Shown: positions 47,063-57,159 of the stretch, in pieces | Numbering within the stretch: position 1 is the stretch's first letter | How the letters are laid out: the number at the start of each line of letters is the position of its first letter | Origin: Desulfurococcaceae archaeon | GTDB lineage: Archaea > Thermoproteota > Thermoprotei_A > Sulfolobales > NBVN01 | Direction: 5' to 3' | Length of the DNA: 64,000 nt | Assembly: GCA_020833255.1 (NCBI GenBank) | Contig: JAJHQR010000001.1 | Span: forward strand, 7,359-71,358 | Notes under the pieces: generated by a model | Databases searched by the model: none | Told to the model about the DNA's origin: nothing | Seen by the model: the letters and a program-made list of their open reading frames with translations, nothing else | Made by a program: the position numbers and the translations under genes

Positions 47063-48622
47063 ATGAAGTATTGTAAGGCTCTCTCCAAATTAGGTGTCGC
47101 GGTCATTGCCTTCATAGTCTTGGTAGCGGTCGCCGCTTTACTGCTTACGTTACCTAGTCTGCAAGGACCCGCAACTACGACGCCCACTACTACCCCTACG
47201 ACCACGAGCCCGACAACCACTCCTACAACAACCCCTACGACCACGCCTACCACTACGTCAACCACGACCACAACAACCCCGACGACAACACCTACCACGA
47301 CAACACCTGCTACGGAGGGTATTGTGTTGTATGTGGTTACCAGGCATTCAGGAGATATCCAGGAGGTAGCGAGGAGGGAGTTTCTGAATTCCGAGATTGC
47401 GAGGAGATATAACATTAAGGACGTTGTTTTCGTGTATTTAGAGGCTGGTTGGTGGGTGCCGATTATCCAGCAGAAAAACTACGATGTTGGGTGGGGCGGC
47501 GGCCCCACACTATTTGATACGCTTTATCAAGCAGGGCTCTTAGCGCCCCTAACTTCTCAGGAAGTCTTAGACGCGGTGAGTCAGATACCGGACTACATAG
47601 CTGGTGCTCCGATGAAGAGGTTCGGCCCGGATAACAAGATATATTGGGTTGCGGCCGCGATGTCTTCCTTCGGGTTTACCGTGAACCTAGCTACTCTAGA
47701 GTCTTACGGGTTGCCTCAACCGGCTAAGTGGAGGGATCTAGGTAGTGTAGACTACGCTCGAAAGCTCATCTCCCTAGGTAAGCCGGCGGTAGGTATAGCG
47801 GACCCAACTCAATCAACCAGTAACACGAGGATGTATGAGATAATCCTGCAGGCTTACGGATGGGATGAGGGCTGGAAAGTGCTGACCACTATGGCTGCTA
47901 ACGCCAAAGTCTACCAAGGATCAGGGGATGTGAGGGACGGCGTCATAGTCGGTGATATAGATGTCGGCATCACCATAGATTTCTACGGGTACATAGCTCA
48001 GTCGCAAAACCCTGACTGCAAATACGTGATCCCGGCGGGCGAGACTATAGTCAACGGCGACCCTATAGCGCTCTTAAAGACTTCGCGCAACCCTGAAGCC
48101 GCGCAAGCGTTTATAGCCTGGGTCCTAACCGAGGGTCAGTGGAAGGTCTGGTTCAAGCCCGACATAAACAGACTCCCAGTAAATCCGAGAGCTTTCGAAA
48201 CCCCTGAAGGGAGGGAGAGGCAAGACCTTTACCAAGCCTTCTTAGAGATAAACAGAACTGAGGGCATACCCTTCGACGACAACCTAGCGCTATCCTACGA
48301 GAAAGCAGTCATATACTACTTCAAGGCGGTGCTGGTAGAGCTTAATAGTAATTTAAAGCAGGTCTGGACCACGCTAGTCAGCAAGTATTTGAACGGGCAG
48401 TTAACTCAAGAACAGTTCGGGTATTACGTGGGACTACTAAGCAAGCCGCTAACATACGTTGACCCTAAGACAGGACAGACCGTTACGTTCACTCAAGAAG
48501 ACGCTATAAGAGTGACTAGCATAATAGGGAGTGAGCCTCAGTTAATAGATCTCTACACGCTTGCGTGGAGGCAGGCAGCAACCCAGAGATACAACCAAAT
48601 ACTCAGCGAGCTCGGAGGGTGA
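47063..48622 (+). CDS. ABC transporter substrate-binding protein (Fe3+/thiamine-type cluster)
   Basis: N-terminal TM plus PTTT linker. DVGWGGG, ADPTQSTS, GWDEGW, IDFYG, NGDPIALL, AQAFIAWVL. Confidence 0.85.
   Translation: MKYCKALSKLGVAVIAFIVLVAVAALLLTLPSLQGPATTTPTTTPTTTSPTTTPTTTPTTTPTTTSTTTTTTPTTTPTTTTPATEGIVLYVVTRHSGDIQEVARREFLNSEIARRYNIKDVVFVYLEAGWWVPIIQQKNYDVGWGGGPTLFDTLYQAGLLAPLTSQEVLDAVSQIPDYIAGAPMKRFGPDNKIYWVAAAMSSFGFTVNLATLESYGLPQPAKWRDLGSVDYARKLISLGKPAVGIADPTQSTSNTRMYEIILQAYGWDEGWKVLTTMAANAKVYQGSGDVRDGVIVGDIDVGITIDFYGYIAQSQNPDCKYVIPAGETIVNGDPIALLKTSRNPEAAQAFIAWVLTEGQWKVWFKPDINRLPVNPRAFETPEGRERQDLYQAFLEINRTEGIPFDDNLALSYEKAVIYYFKAVLVELNSNLKQVWTTLVSKYLNGQLTQEQFGYYVGLLSKPLTYVDPKTGQTVTFTQEDAIRVTSIIGSEPQLIDLYTLAWRQAATQRYNQILSELGG
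47168..47313 (+). repeat. (PTTT)n Thr-rich linker repeat
   Basis: acN-rich imperfect tandem repeat encoding about 45 aa of T/P. Confidence 0.85.
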
Positions 48623-48678
48623 GTCGAGAACTACGTGCATAGGACAACCCTTAAGCAAGTTAAAGACGTTTTTATTAG

Positions 48679-48982
48679 GCTAAACTAAAAACCTAGCCGT
48701 TCACGGCGAGGATGACGGGAAAGACTTTTTAACCCACCACTACTGAGCTAGGTCTTGAGATGTTCCCTTTACGGTAGGAAGTTCGTGTATGCGTCATAGC
48801 CCGCAGGGTAGTGAGCTCTGCGGGATGGGGGCGTCTTCGGCGGAGGGAGGGTGGGATGAGCCGCTAGGCGACTAGTGGCGACCGCTCCCGTAGCACGGGG
48901 ACGGCCTCAGAGGAAGCCGTTGAGAAGTAGGTGGTGGAGAACAAACAAATGAACCACCATCTACTGAGAAACGGTAGCTCAC
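48679..48982 (+). mobile_element. Putative miniature IS200/IS605-derived element (PATE-like) carrying a structured K-turn RNA, no protein gene
   Basis: Left end TTAG|...AAAC plus hairpin CCTAGCCGT-TC-ACGGCGAGG. TTTTTAA box, several GC hairpins and a canonical K-turn. Right end GAAG-CCGTT...AACGG-TAGC-TCAC|. Confidence 0.6.
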
Positions 48983-50490
48983 TAGCTGTGAATCATTTCC
49001 TCAAGTTTAGGTCTCAGATTATCGACTTTGTGCTTCACGTACCTCATGAAGGCTTTTAAGAGTATTCTGGCGGGTAGGTACCTAGCTCCTCTCATGTAGA
49101 ACCTGTTCATTATGTCCTCAGCCCAGTAGAGGGAGTGGTAGAGGGTTTTGAGCATTACGTCTACGTGTTCCCTCCTGACGGCGTTTCTCCTGAACCAATC
49201 CCTATCTTTTAGGGCGCCCATCGGGACGAAGAACATGGGTACTATGAGGCTCCTGTACTGACGTATCCTGTCCAGGAGTTCCGAGGTCTTCACTAGGTCG
49301 TCAGGGGTTTCCTCAGGTATTCCCAGGATTAAAGTCACGGCAGGGACCACCCTGTTCTCGTGAAGTATTTTAAGCGCTTCCTCAACTACCTCAGGCCATT
49401 TCTCGGGCGGGTATGGCGCGGACTTAGCCGGCATGATTTTCTTAGCTAGGTTCGGGCTGCCTGTCTCAAGACCTATCTCAACACCTAGGTAGTCTTGCTT
49501 GTCATGCAGTACCTCGTTCATTATCTTAGACACTAACCTGTAGTTATCCTCAGCGAACTTGACTGCGGCGAAGCTTGTGTGCGCCCAAGCTATGCTCTCA
49601 GGGGTTAATTCCTTAACTAGCTTATGCAGCTTGATTAAGGGTTCTTCCCTAGGCTTAATACCGTCAGCGCCGTAGAGCAGGACGTCCTCGCTGTGAAGTA
49701 TCGTGTTCTTAACTCCGCTACGTACGTTAATCTCTACCTCAGCCCTTATCTTCTCTAAGGGCATGTACCTAAGAGGTCTCAGAGTCACTGAGCAGAATTT
49801 ACAGCCTCTGGGGCAACCGCGCATTATCTCTACTAAGCCGTTCACGCTCGCGCCCTTAATCACAGGTATCTCGCTGACTTGCGGGACCTCGTGAGGTCCT
49901 ACGAAAACGTATTGAGGTAACTCCTCATTATTTAAGGCTTTCTCAACCAACTCACCGATCACTAACTCGGCCTCGCCGTCGACGACTGTGTCAACGCCGA
50001 ACTCACGCATTAGCTCCACCTCCCACAACCATTGCCACGCCGCCGGCCCGCCGACAATTATCTTCACGCCCCTCTCCTTAGCTTTACGTACCGGCTCACT
50101 CCTCATGAACTTTATGAAGGACTTCCTGTTCACCGGCTCCTTACCAGTTATGAACCACCACTCACTGCTCGGGGGTCCGTAAGCGAAGTAGTCATGATGT
50201 CCTATCATGAGGATCTTCATGCTGTTTAAGTGCTTGCTTATGTGGTCGGGGTCTATGATCGCCGCCCTATAACCCAGGTCCTGCAACCTCGCCTCAATCT
50301 TCCTCAACCCGTAAGGGGCTTCAACAGGCCTGCCCAACTCATCGACCCTCATCTTAGGAGCGGCGATCCACATCCACAGAAACTCAGGGATGCCTATGGC
50401 CGGGCCCGTGGTCATGAATCCCAGGAATTCCTTCCCCCTATGATTCGACATCATCGTCCTATCGCTGGTTATGACTATCTCGAAGCTCAC
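48982..50490 (-). CDS. Radical SAM protein (archaeal, N-terminal B12-binding-like domain)
   Basis: APYGLRKIEA, IVGGP, EIMRGCPRGCKFC, GLETGS, LILGIPEET. Confidence 0.88.
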   Translation of the reverse strand: MSFEIVITSDRTMMSNHRGKEFLGFMTTGPAIGIPEFLWMWIAAPKMRVDELGRPVEAPYGLRKIEARLQDLGYRAAIIDPDHISKHLNSMKILMIGHHDYFAYGPPSSEWWFITGKEPVNRKSFIKFMRSEPVRKAKERGVKIIVGGPAAWQWLWEVELMREFGVDTVVDGEAELVIGELVEKALNNEELPQYVFVGPHEVPQVSEIPVIKGASVNGLVEIMRGCPRGCKFCSVTLRPLRYMPLEKIRAEVEINVRSGVKNTILHSEDVLLYGADGIKPREEPLIKLHKLVKELTPESIAWAHTSFAAVKFAEDNYRLVSKIMNEVLHDKQDYLGVEIGLETGSPNLAKKIMPAKSAPYPPEKWPEVVEEALKILHENRVVPAVTLILGIPEETPDDLVKTSELLDRIRQYRSLIVPMFFVPMGALKDRDWFRRNAVRREHVDVMLKTLYHSLYWAEDIMNRFYMRGARYLPARILLKAFMRYVKHKVDNLRPKLEEMIHS

Positions 50491-50918
50491 GAACCCTCAC
50501 CCACCACGACCGGGTTAATACCGAATTGCTTGATTACCTCCAAGTACTCGCTCCCTAAACCACGTGTGGAATACACCCTGACACTACTGCCTGACTCAAC
50601 AAGCTTCTGCAGCAACGCCTTCAGCGAGTCAGGGCCTTGGCCAGCGTATTTGACGACTATACTCACGTGTATGTTAGATAGGAGCAAGTCCCTCACCTGC
50701 TTAAGGTATAGGGGTGGGGGGAGAGGGCTCATGACGTGTAGCTCGATCTTCTTATACCTACCTCTCAAACCCTCCCTCACGAGCTCGTACACTAAGTAGC
50801 GATTCATGGAATCATCCTGACTACATAAAATAACCACCGCACTCAACACTTTATTAACGCCGGTCACGCCCCCAGATCTTGAAGGGGTAGCTGTGCTGGG
50901 GGGTTGCCCGTAACTCAT
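50487..50918 (-). CDS. Hypothetical protein
   Basis: 143-aa ORF overlapping the radical SAM start by 4 nt. Start uncertain. Confidence 0.6.
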   Translation of the reverse strand: MSYGQPPSTATPSRSGGVTGVNKVLSAVVILCSQDDSMNRYLVYELVREGLRGRYKKIELHVMSPLPPPLYLKQVRDLLLSNIHVSIVVKYAGQGPDSLKALLQKLVESGSSVRVYSTRGLGSEYLEVIKQFGINPVVVGEGS

Positions 50919-51051
50919 TCATCGCGCCTCATTAAATAAATTAAATCATGATAAATAAGTATTTGCTTTCATCGACGAGTAGCTTAGGCAAGCTGACCAC
51001 TAGTTAATATTTATAATCAGCTTAAGCGTGGATTTAAACGGTGGTCTTCAA

Positions 51052-51429
51052 GTGAAGTATATTTATACGGAGAAAGCGCCTAAGCCCGTAGGGCCTTACT
51101 CGCAAGCGGTTTTAGTCGGTAACCTCCTGTTCGTCTCAGGTCAGTTACCCATAAACCCTTCAAGCGGTGAGTTAGTGAGGGGTGACTTTAAGGAAGCCGC
51201 TAAGCAAGCGTTAAATAACGTGATCGAGATAGTTCGTGCGTCGGGAGGTGATGTGAGGAATATAGCTAAGGTTACCGTATACTTGAGAGACATAACCAGG
51301 TTCAGCGAGTTCAACGAGGTCTACAGTGAGTTGATGGGTGGTCATAAACCTGCTAGAGCGGTGATAGCTGTTTCCTCAATACCTAGAGACGCTGACTTAA
51401 TGGTTGAGGCCATAGCTTACCTAGAATAG
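51052..51429 (+). CDS. ridA: RidA/YjgF/YER057c family enamine deaminase
   Basis: APKPVGPYSQA, VSGQLP, KVTVYL, FNEVY, PAR, VEAIA. Confidence 0.92.
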   Translation: MKYIYTEKAPKPVGPYSQAVLVGNLLFVSGQLPINPSSGELVRGDFKEAAKQALNNVIEIVRASGGDVRNIAKVTVYLRDITRFSEFNEVYSELMGGHKPARAVIAVSSIPRDADLMVEAIAYLE

Positions 51430-51467
51430 CTCGGGTCGTCCCCGAACGGGGAGTAACGTAGCTGTTT

Positions 51468-52643
51468 TCACTTAATCTTGCTTGATAAGTGATTGCTTAT
51501 CTCCCGGAGCATCGCTCTATACATGTCTACGGCTTTCCTCAACTCAGCAACCTCAACGTACTCGTTAGGTTTATGAGCTAAGGTTTCCTCCCCCGGACCT
51601 AAGCCGAGACCCGCTGCGTTGAACTCGCTCACAACAACTAAATCCGTTGAGAACCTCCAGTAATGTCTTGAAACACCGTCATACATCTTTTTAAGAGTCC
51701 TCATAAGAGGCTTAATCAATCCCTCATCCTCGTTTATCCAGCCGGGGAATAACTCCTTAGTACGTAGGGGGTAATCCCTCCAAGACCTAACCTCCTCCTC
51801 TCTTAAAGAAGGTCTGCACCCGGCGTTCTTCAAGTTCTTGACTTGATTACACACGTCCTCATAAAACCTCAATACGTCCGCCTCACCCCTGCCCGGCAAC
51901 ACCCTGTGATCCGCCGTGACCAAGCACTTATCAGGTATTTGAGGCTGTATCTTGGGCTGGCAATCGATGAGCGTTGCCGTAGCAGACTCACTACCGAGTA
52001 GCTCGTGTGCGGGCAGGTTACCGGACGCCTCAGCAACCTTCAAGATAGCTAGGGCAGCGCCCTCAAGAGCGTTGATGCCCTCGCCAGGCATTGACGCATG
52101 GGCCGAAACCCCTGAAATCTCGAGGTCTACGACAGCCCTACCCCTATGTCCTAGACCGAGCTCGAGTGAAGTGGCTTCACCCGTCACCACCACGTCAGGC
52201 CGTACCCTCAGGGAATCCCTTAAAGCGTGTCTTAACGCAACGCCCTCGATTATCTCTTCGTGAACAGTGTACACTACGTAGAGATCGCTCTCCAAAGTCT
52301 TCAAGTCCTCAAGCGCTTTTATCTGAGACGCGATCGAGCCCTTCATGTCAACAGCCCCCCTCCCGTACACCCTACCGTCGATTAAAGCGCCTGAGAAGGG
52401 GTCGACGACCCACTGCCTTAAATCACCTACGTCCACCGTGTCTAGGTGTCCCTCAACCACTATTATCCCTAGACCGCCGCCCCTCACGGGAGCGATCACG
52501 TTCCCCACACTATCTATGAAGACCTTATCAACCCCTGCGTGACCCAGAAACTCCTTAACAGCGTTTGCTAGGTCCCCCTCACCGCCCGGTAAGCTCTTTA
52601 TCCTCACGAGTTCCTTGAGTAGCTCGACTACGTCCAACCTCAT
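51468..52643 (-). CDS. M20 family metallohydrolase (ArgE/DapE/YgeY-like)
   Basis: GHLDTV, GRGAVDMKG, EE, GEAT, GHRGR, AHAS, FSTD, GPG, AHKPNE. Confidence 0.88.
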   Translation of the reverse strand: MRLDVVELLKELVRIKSLPGGEGDLANAVKEFLGHAGVDKVFIDSVGNVIAPVRGGGLGIIVVEGHLDTVDVGDLRQWVVDPFSGALIDGRVYGRGAVDMKGSIASQIKALEDLKTLESDLYVVYTVHEEIIEGVALRHALRDSLRVRPDVVVTGEATSLELGLGHRGRAVVDLEISGVSAHASMPGEGINALEGAALAILKVAEASGNLPAHELLGSESATATLIDCQPKIQPQIPDKCLVTADHRVLPGRGEADVLRFYEDVCNQVKNLKNAGCRPSLREEEVRSWRDYPLRTKELFPGWINEDEGLIKPLMRTLKKMYDGVSRHYWRFSTDLVVVSEFNAAGLGLGPGEETLAHKPNEYVEVAELRKAVDMYRAMLREISNHLSSKIK

Positions 52644-54076
52644 CCCCTCACAACCCTGACTACCCACTTAGTACCTGACGGGGTGTCTTGTAGTTCCACA
52701 CCCAACCTCCTCAACTCATCCCTTATCTTATCTGACAACTCCCACATCTTCCTCTTCCTTAGCTCAGACCTGACGTCAACTAATAACCTGATTAAGTCGT
52801 TCGTTAATCCTTCCGCAACACCCGGTCTTAACACGAAGCCTAGAACGCTGTTCATGTAGTTCAGCGCTTCAATAACTAGCCTATGCGTGTCCGCGCTAAT
52901 ATCGCTCCTCTTATTGGTGTAGTCGTTGATAGCTGATATCAGGTCTAGGTAGCTAGCTATAGCTTCAGCTGTGTTGAGGTCGTTGTTCATGGCTTCCTCG
53001 AACCCCTCCCTAGCTCTCACAGCCTTCTTCCTCAGTTCTACCTCCACATCACTAACAGCGCTAACCTCCCTGACCTCAAGCTGTTCCAGTCTTGAGTGAG
53101 CTACCTCGACCTTAGAGAATGTCTTGTGCGCGTTCTCAAGCGCGTCCCAAGTGAAGTCTATCGGGGATCTGTAGTGTGTCTGCAGTAAGTAGAGTCTGAG
53201 GGTGTTAGCGCCGTACCTACTCACCGCCTCCCTTATCGTGACGTAATTACCTAGAGACTTACTCATCTTCTCACCGCCTACCGTGAGAAGACCTACGTGA
53301 ACCCAGAAATTAACGAAGGGCTTCACGCCCGTGAAAGACTCGGCTTGAGCGATCTCAGCCTCATGGTGAGGGAATATCAACTCCACCGCGCCGCCATGTA
53401 TGTCGTATTGAGGGCCGAAATGCCTTATAGTTATCGCGGTATCCTCGATATGCCATCCCGGCCTGCCGTAACCCCAGGGCGAGTCCCAGCCGAACTCGTG
53501 CTTGGGCCTAACCCTCCATAAAGCGAAGTCCCCTGGATTCCTCTTAGTCGGGTCTGGCTCAATCCTGTGAACGACCAATTCCCTAGGATCCCTACCGGAT
53601 AGCTTCCCGTAATCGTTGAAAGTGGTTATGTCGAAGTAGACCCCTGTTGGCGTGACGTACGCGTGCCCCCTCTCCAAGAGCTTCCCTACCTGCTCGAATA
53701 TCTCCCTCAAGTAGTCGGAAGCCCTGGCGTAGAGATTCGGCGATACCACGTTGAGAGACGCCATATCCTCGAGGAAATACCTCTCATACTTCCTGGCGAG
53801 ATCCAGCGGGTGAACCCCTTCCTCAGCAGCCCTACCGACGATCTTGTCGTCAACGTCCGTTATGTTGACTATGTAGAATAGCGAGTACCCCAACCTCCTC
53901 AACCAACGCGCGACGACGTCGAAGAACACGAAGACCCTCGCGTGACCTATGTGGGAGTAGTCGTAGACTGTCGGCCCGCACACAAACATGAATACCCTGT
54001 TACCGTTAAGAGGCTTGAATACCTCTAAAGACCTGGTCCTGGTGTTGTAGATCTTAAGTCCCGCAAACGTGGCCAC
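52640..54076 (-). CDS. cysS: Cysteine--tRNA ligase
   Basis: CGPTVYDYSHIGH, NITDVDDK, DFALW, GRPGWHIE, FPHHE, KMSKS. Confidence 0.96.
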   Translation of the reverse strand: MATFAGLKIYNTRTRSLEVFKPLNGNRVFMFVCGPTVYDYSHIGHARVFVFFDVVARWLRRLGYSLFYIVNITDVDDKIVGRAAEEGVHPLDLARKYERYFLEDMASLNVVSPNLYARASDYLREIFEQVGKLLERGHAYVTPTGVYFDITTFNDYGKLSGRDPRELVVHRIEPDPTKRNPGDFALWRVRPKHEFGWDSPWGYGRPGWHIEDTAITIRHFGPQYDIHGGAVELIFPHHEAEIAQAESFTGVKPFVNFWVHVGLLTVGGEKMSKSLGNYVTIREAVSRYGANTLRLYLLQTHYRSPIDFTWDALENAHKTFSKVEVAHSRLEQLEVREVSAVSDVEVELRKKAVRAREGFEEAMNNDLNTAEAIASYLDLISAINDYTNKRSDISADTHRLVIEALNYMNSVLGFVLRPGVAEGLTNDLIRLLVDVRSELRKRKMWELSDKIRDELRRLGVELQDTPSGTKWVVRVVRG

Positions 54077-54145
54077 CCACTAACACGCACCTCGCACATA
54101 TATCTAATCATAAAAACGATATTTAAGCTTCTTAAGGTGTTGTCG

Positions 54146-55672
54146 CTACATGTAGTGCCAGATACCGGCCCCCCTATAATTGTAGATTATTGTTTTGAGT
54201 GCGGTGACTTGCTCTATGCTGTAACCTATCCCCTCCCTCCCAATACCGGATTCCTTCCTGCCGCCGAACGGGTAGTAGCCTATGCCGTGTCTGGGAAACT
54301 CGTTAACGTATATGACCCCTACCTCCAAGTACCTCACGAGTTTCCTGATCTTGACTATGTCGTGGCCGAATATGGCTGCGTCCAGCCCGTACCTCCTCCC
54401 GTTAGCTATTCTTATAGCTTCGTCAACGTTCCTGAAACTAGTTATTAGCGCTACGGGCCCGAAAACCTCGTCTTTATAGAGCTTGGCTTTCTCGAGAGCT
54501 TTCTTATCGGTGAACTCCACCAGCGTTGGTTCTACGTAAGTAGGCCCTAGCCTCCTACCCCCGTATAAGATCCTCCCACCCAATCTCAGAGCGTCGTTCA
54601 CGGCCTCGATGACATCATCCACGGATTTCTCGTCTATTAAAGGACCCATACCAACCCCCTCACTTCTCGGATCGCCGACCCTCACCTTACTCAACTCCGT
54701 CACGAGCAGTTTCTTTAAATCTTCGTAGACGGGTTCCTCAGCGATAACTATCTTTACCGCGTCACACCTCTGGCCAGCATAACTAGTTATCCCCGTAGCT
54801 ATTTTCTGTGAAGCCGTCTCTAAATCAGCGTCGCTCAAAACTATCACCGGGTCCCCTCCACCCAACTCCATTATGAATTGCTTCACCCCAGCGTTCCTGA
54901 GCACCTCCTTACCCGTCTCGGTACTGCCGGTAAAGCTCACGACATCTATTCTGGGATCCGAAACCAACCTACTCATTTCCCTACCGGACAACGTTAACAC
55001 ACCGATAGATTCTGGGGGTACCCCGGCGTCAAGCGCTGTCTTAACGAACATCAGGACTGGTAGGGGGTCTGCTGACGGGGGCTTTACTAAGACAGCGTTC
55101 CCGGCAACGAATGAGTAGGTGAACTTATTGACTGTGTCGAAGAGCGGGTAGTTGTAAGGTATTATTGAGAGAACCACGCCGTAAGGCTCCCTACGAACTA
55201 TAGCCTCGCTCTCAAGTGTCTGCGAGCTCCAGTCTCCGGGCACGTAATCACCGTAAATACCCTTCAAGTCTAGAGGGGCTTTCCTCAACCTCTCAACAGA
55301 AGCCATGACCTCGCCTCTCGCCTGACTCCTCAGCTTCCCAGCATTCACCACGAGAACTTCCGTGAAGTCATCGATCCTAGACTCAAGTAAGTCAGCCGTC
55401 TTAAATATTATCTCAAGCCTCTCATCCCCCGGCAATTCCCTAACCCTCCACCTACCTACCTCACGCACCATACTCAGAGAGTCTTCTACTAAGGACCAAT
55501 CAGGTTTGCTAACCCTAGCTATTAAAGACCCGTCGATAGGTGTTTTAACGTCGAAAGTCTCGCCACTCAAGAACCACCTACCAGATAGGAAGGTCTTGAA
55601 GACCGGGACTTCGTTGATCGTGTATATCTCCCCGAACACCGAGGAAATACTGAGTCTAACACCGCCCAACAA
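54146..55672 (-). CDS. gapN: Non-phosphorylating NAD(P)-dependent glyceraldehyde-3-phosphate dehydrogenase
   Basis: ALDH fold with GDYVPGDWS, PYNYP, FTGS, MELGGGD, YAGQRCDA, EVFGP, PRHGIGYYPFGGRKESG, as in archaeal GAPN. Confidence 0.88.
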   Translation of the reverse strand: MLGGVRLSISSVFGEIYTINEVPVFKTFLSGRWFLSGETFDVKTPIDGSLIARVSKPDWSLVEDSLSMVREVGRWRVRELPGDERLEIIFKTADLLESRIDDFTEVLVVNAGKLRSQARGEVMASVERLRKAPLDLKGIYGDYVPGDWSSQTLESEAIVRREPYGVVLSIIPYNYPLFDTVNKFTYSFVAGNAVLVKPPSADPLPVLMFVKTALDAGVPPESIGVLTLSGREMSRLVSDPRIDVVSFTGSTETGKEVLRNAGVKQFIMELGGGDPVIVLSDADLETASQKIATGITSYAGQRCDAVKIVIAEEPVYEDLKKLLVTELSKVRVGDPRSEGVGMGPLIDEKSVDDVIEAVNDALRLGGRILYGGRRLGPTYVEPTLVEFTDKKALEKAKLYKDEVFGPVALITSFRNVDEAIRIANGRRYGLDAAIFGHDIVKIRKLVRYLEVGVIYVNEFPRHGIGYYPFGGRKESGIGREGIGYSIEQVTALKTIIYNYRGAGIWHYM

Positions 55673-55784
55673 GTCATCCCCTCAATACTAGAACTTATCA
55701 CAGAGTTATTAAGTGTGTTAAGCCGCCGCAGAAGCATCGATTAATTAACTCTAACAACGTTATCTCTGGTGGAGGTGCTCGCGT

Positions 55785-57107
55785 TTGTCCGAGGAGTTTG
55801 AGTGGTATAAAGCCTTCGTTAAGAGTGATTACTCCCCAGACCCGGATAAAGACTTGATAGTGTCTTTCAAAGTCACTCCCTCAGAAGGCTTCAGCATCGA
55901 GGACGTTGCCGGCGCCATAGCTTCGGAGAGTAGTGTGGGTACCTGGACCACCCTCGCGACACTACCTGATAGGATTTGGAGGTTGATGGGTAGGGCTTAC
56001 GAGATAAGGGATTTAGGTGATAGTTCTTGGTTAGTTAGGGTTGCTTACCCCGTGGACTTATTCGAGGAAGGTAATATGCCTGCTTTCCTAGCGTCAGTCG
56101 CCGGCAACATATTCGGTATGAGGAGGGTTAAGGGTCTTAGGATCGAGGATATCGCGATGCCTAGGGAGTTCCTGAAGTACTTTAAAGGGCCTGTGAGGGG
56201 GCTTGCCGGCGTGAGGGAGTTGTACGGGGTGTATGATAGGCCGATAGTCGGGACCGTCCCGAAACCTAAGGTAGGCTTCACGCCTGAGGAACTGGAGGCA
56301 GTGGCTTACGAGATTTTGGTTGGGGGGATGGATTACGTGAAGGATGATGAGAACCTCGCTTCACCATCGTTCTGCAGGTTTGAGGGGAGGGCTAAGGCCG
56401 TCATGAAAGCTATAGACAGGGCTGAGAAGGAGAGCGGGGAGAGGAAGGCTTGGCTAGCTAACATAACGGCCGACGTGAGGGAGATGGAGAAGAGGCTTAA
56501 GCTAGTAGCTGATTACGGGAACCCGTTCGTCATGGTTGACGTGGTGATCGCGGGCTGGTCTTCCCTGACGTACATCAGAGACCTGGCTGAGGAGTACGGC
56601 TTAGCGATACACGCTCACAGAGCTTTCCACGCAGCCTTCACCAGGAACCCCGCACACGGCCTCTCAATGTTTGCTTTAGCTAAGCTCCTGCGCGTTGTGG
56701 GCGTGGATCAACTACACGTAGGCACCCCGGAGGTGGGTAAGCTGGAGGCTAAGGCTAGGGACGTCATAAACATAAGTAGGGTGTTGAGAGAGTCTGTCTA
56801 CGTTCCTGAAGGAGACCCGATGAGGTTGAGGCAGGAATGGCACCATATCAAGCCAGTGTTCCCCACGTCCTCCGGGGGACTGCATCCAGGCACTCTACCT
56901 GAAGTCATCAAGTCTTTAGGCGTTGACGTAGTGATTCAGGTTGGTGGAGGGGTGTTGGGACACCCCGGAGGTCCTAGGGAGGGCGCTGCGGCGGTGAGGC
57001 AAGCTATTGAGGCTTTCCTGAAGGGGGTTCCGCTCGACGTATACGCTGAGACACATAAAGAACTTAAGAAAGCCCTGGAGAAGTGGGGATATGTGAGACC
57101 CGCTTAA
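55785..57107 (+). CDS. rbcL: Form III ribulose-1,5-bisphosphate carboxylase
   Basis: ESSVGTWT, GNIFGM, KPKVG, GMDYVKDDE, HAHRAFH, VGKLE loop 6, SSGGLH, QVGGG. Catalytic motifs present. Confidence 0.95.
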   Translation: MSEEFEWYKAFVKSDYSPDPDKDLIVSFKVTPSEGFSIEDVAGAIASESSVGTWTTLATLPDRIWRLMGRAYEIRDLGDSSWLVRVAYPVDLFEEGNMPAFLASVAGNIFGMRRVKGLRIEDIAMPREFLKYFKGPVRGLAGVRELYGVYDRPIVGTVPKPKVGFTPEELEAVAYEILVGGMDYVKDDENLASPSFCRFEGRAKAVMKAIDRAEKESGERKAWLANITADVREMEKRLKLVADYGNPFVMVDVVIAGWSSLTYIRDLAEEYGLAIHAHRAFHAAFTRNPAHGLSMFALAKLLRVVGVDQLHVGTPEVGKLEAKARDVINISRVLRESVYVPEGDPMRLRQEWHHIKPVFPTSSGGLHPGTLPEVIKSLGVDVVIQVGGGVLGHPGGPREGAAAVRQAIEAFLKGVPLDVYAETHKELKKALEKWGYVRPA

Positions 57108-57159
57108 AACACTTAACGGGGTTCACGAAAGCGTTGATCTAGGCGTGCTTAAGAAACGG

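Noticed and set aside
48745..48982. SRP RNA or tRNA as the identity of the GC-rich structured region
   Set aside because: No helix-8 GCCAGG-GNRA-AGCA motif, no cloverleaf and no TTCRAAT T-loop.
55696..55712. TATCAC half-site near the gapN/rbcL promoters as a Thermococcales glycolytic motif (TATCAC-N5-GTGATA)
   Set aside because: The second half-site is absent.
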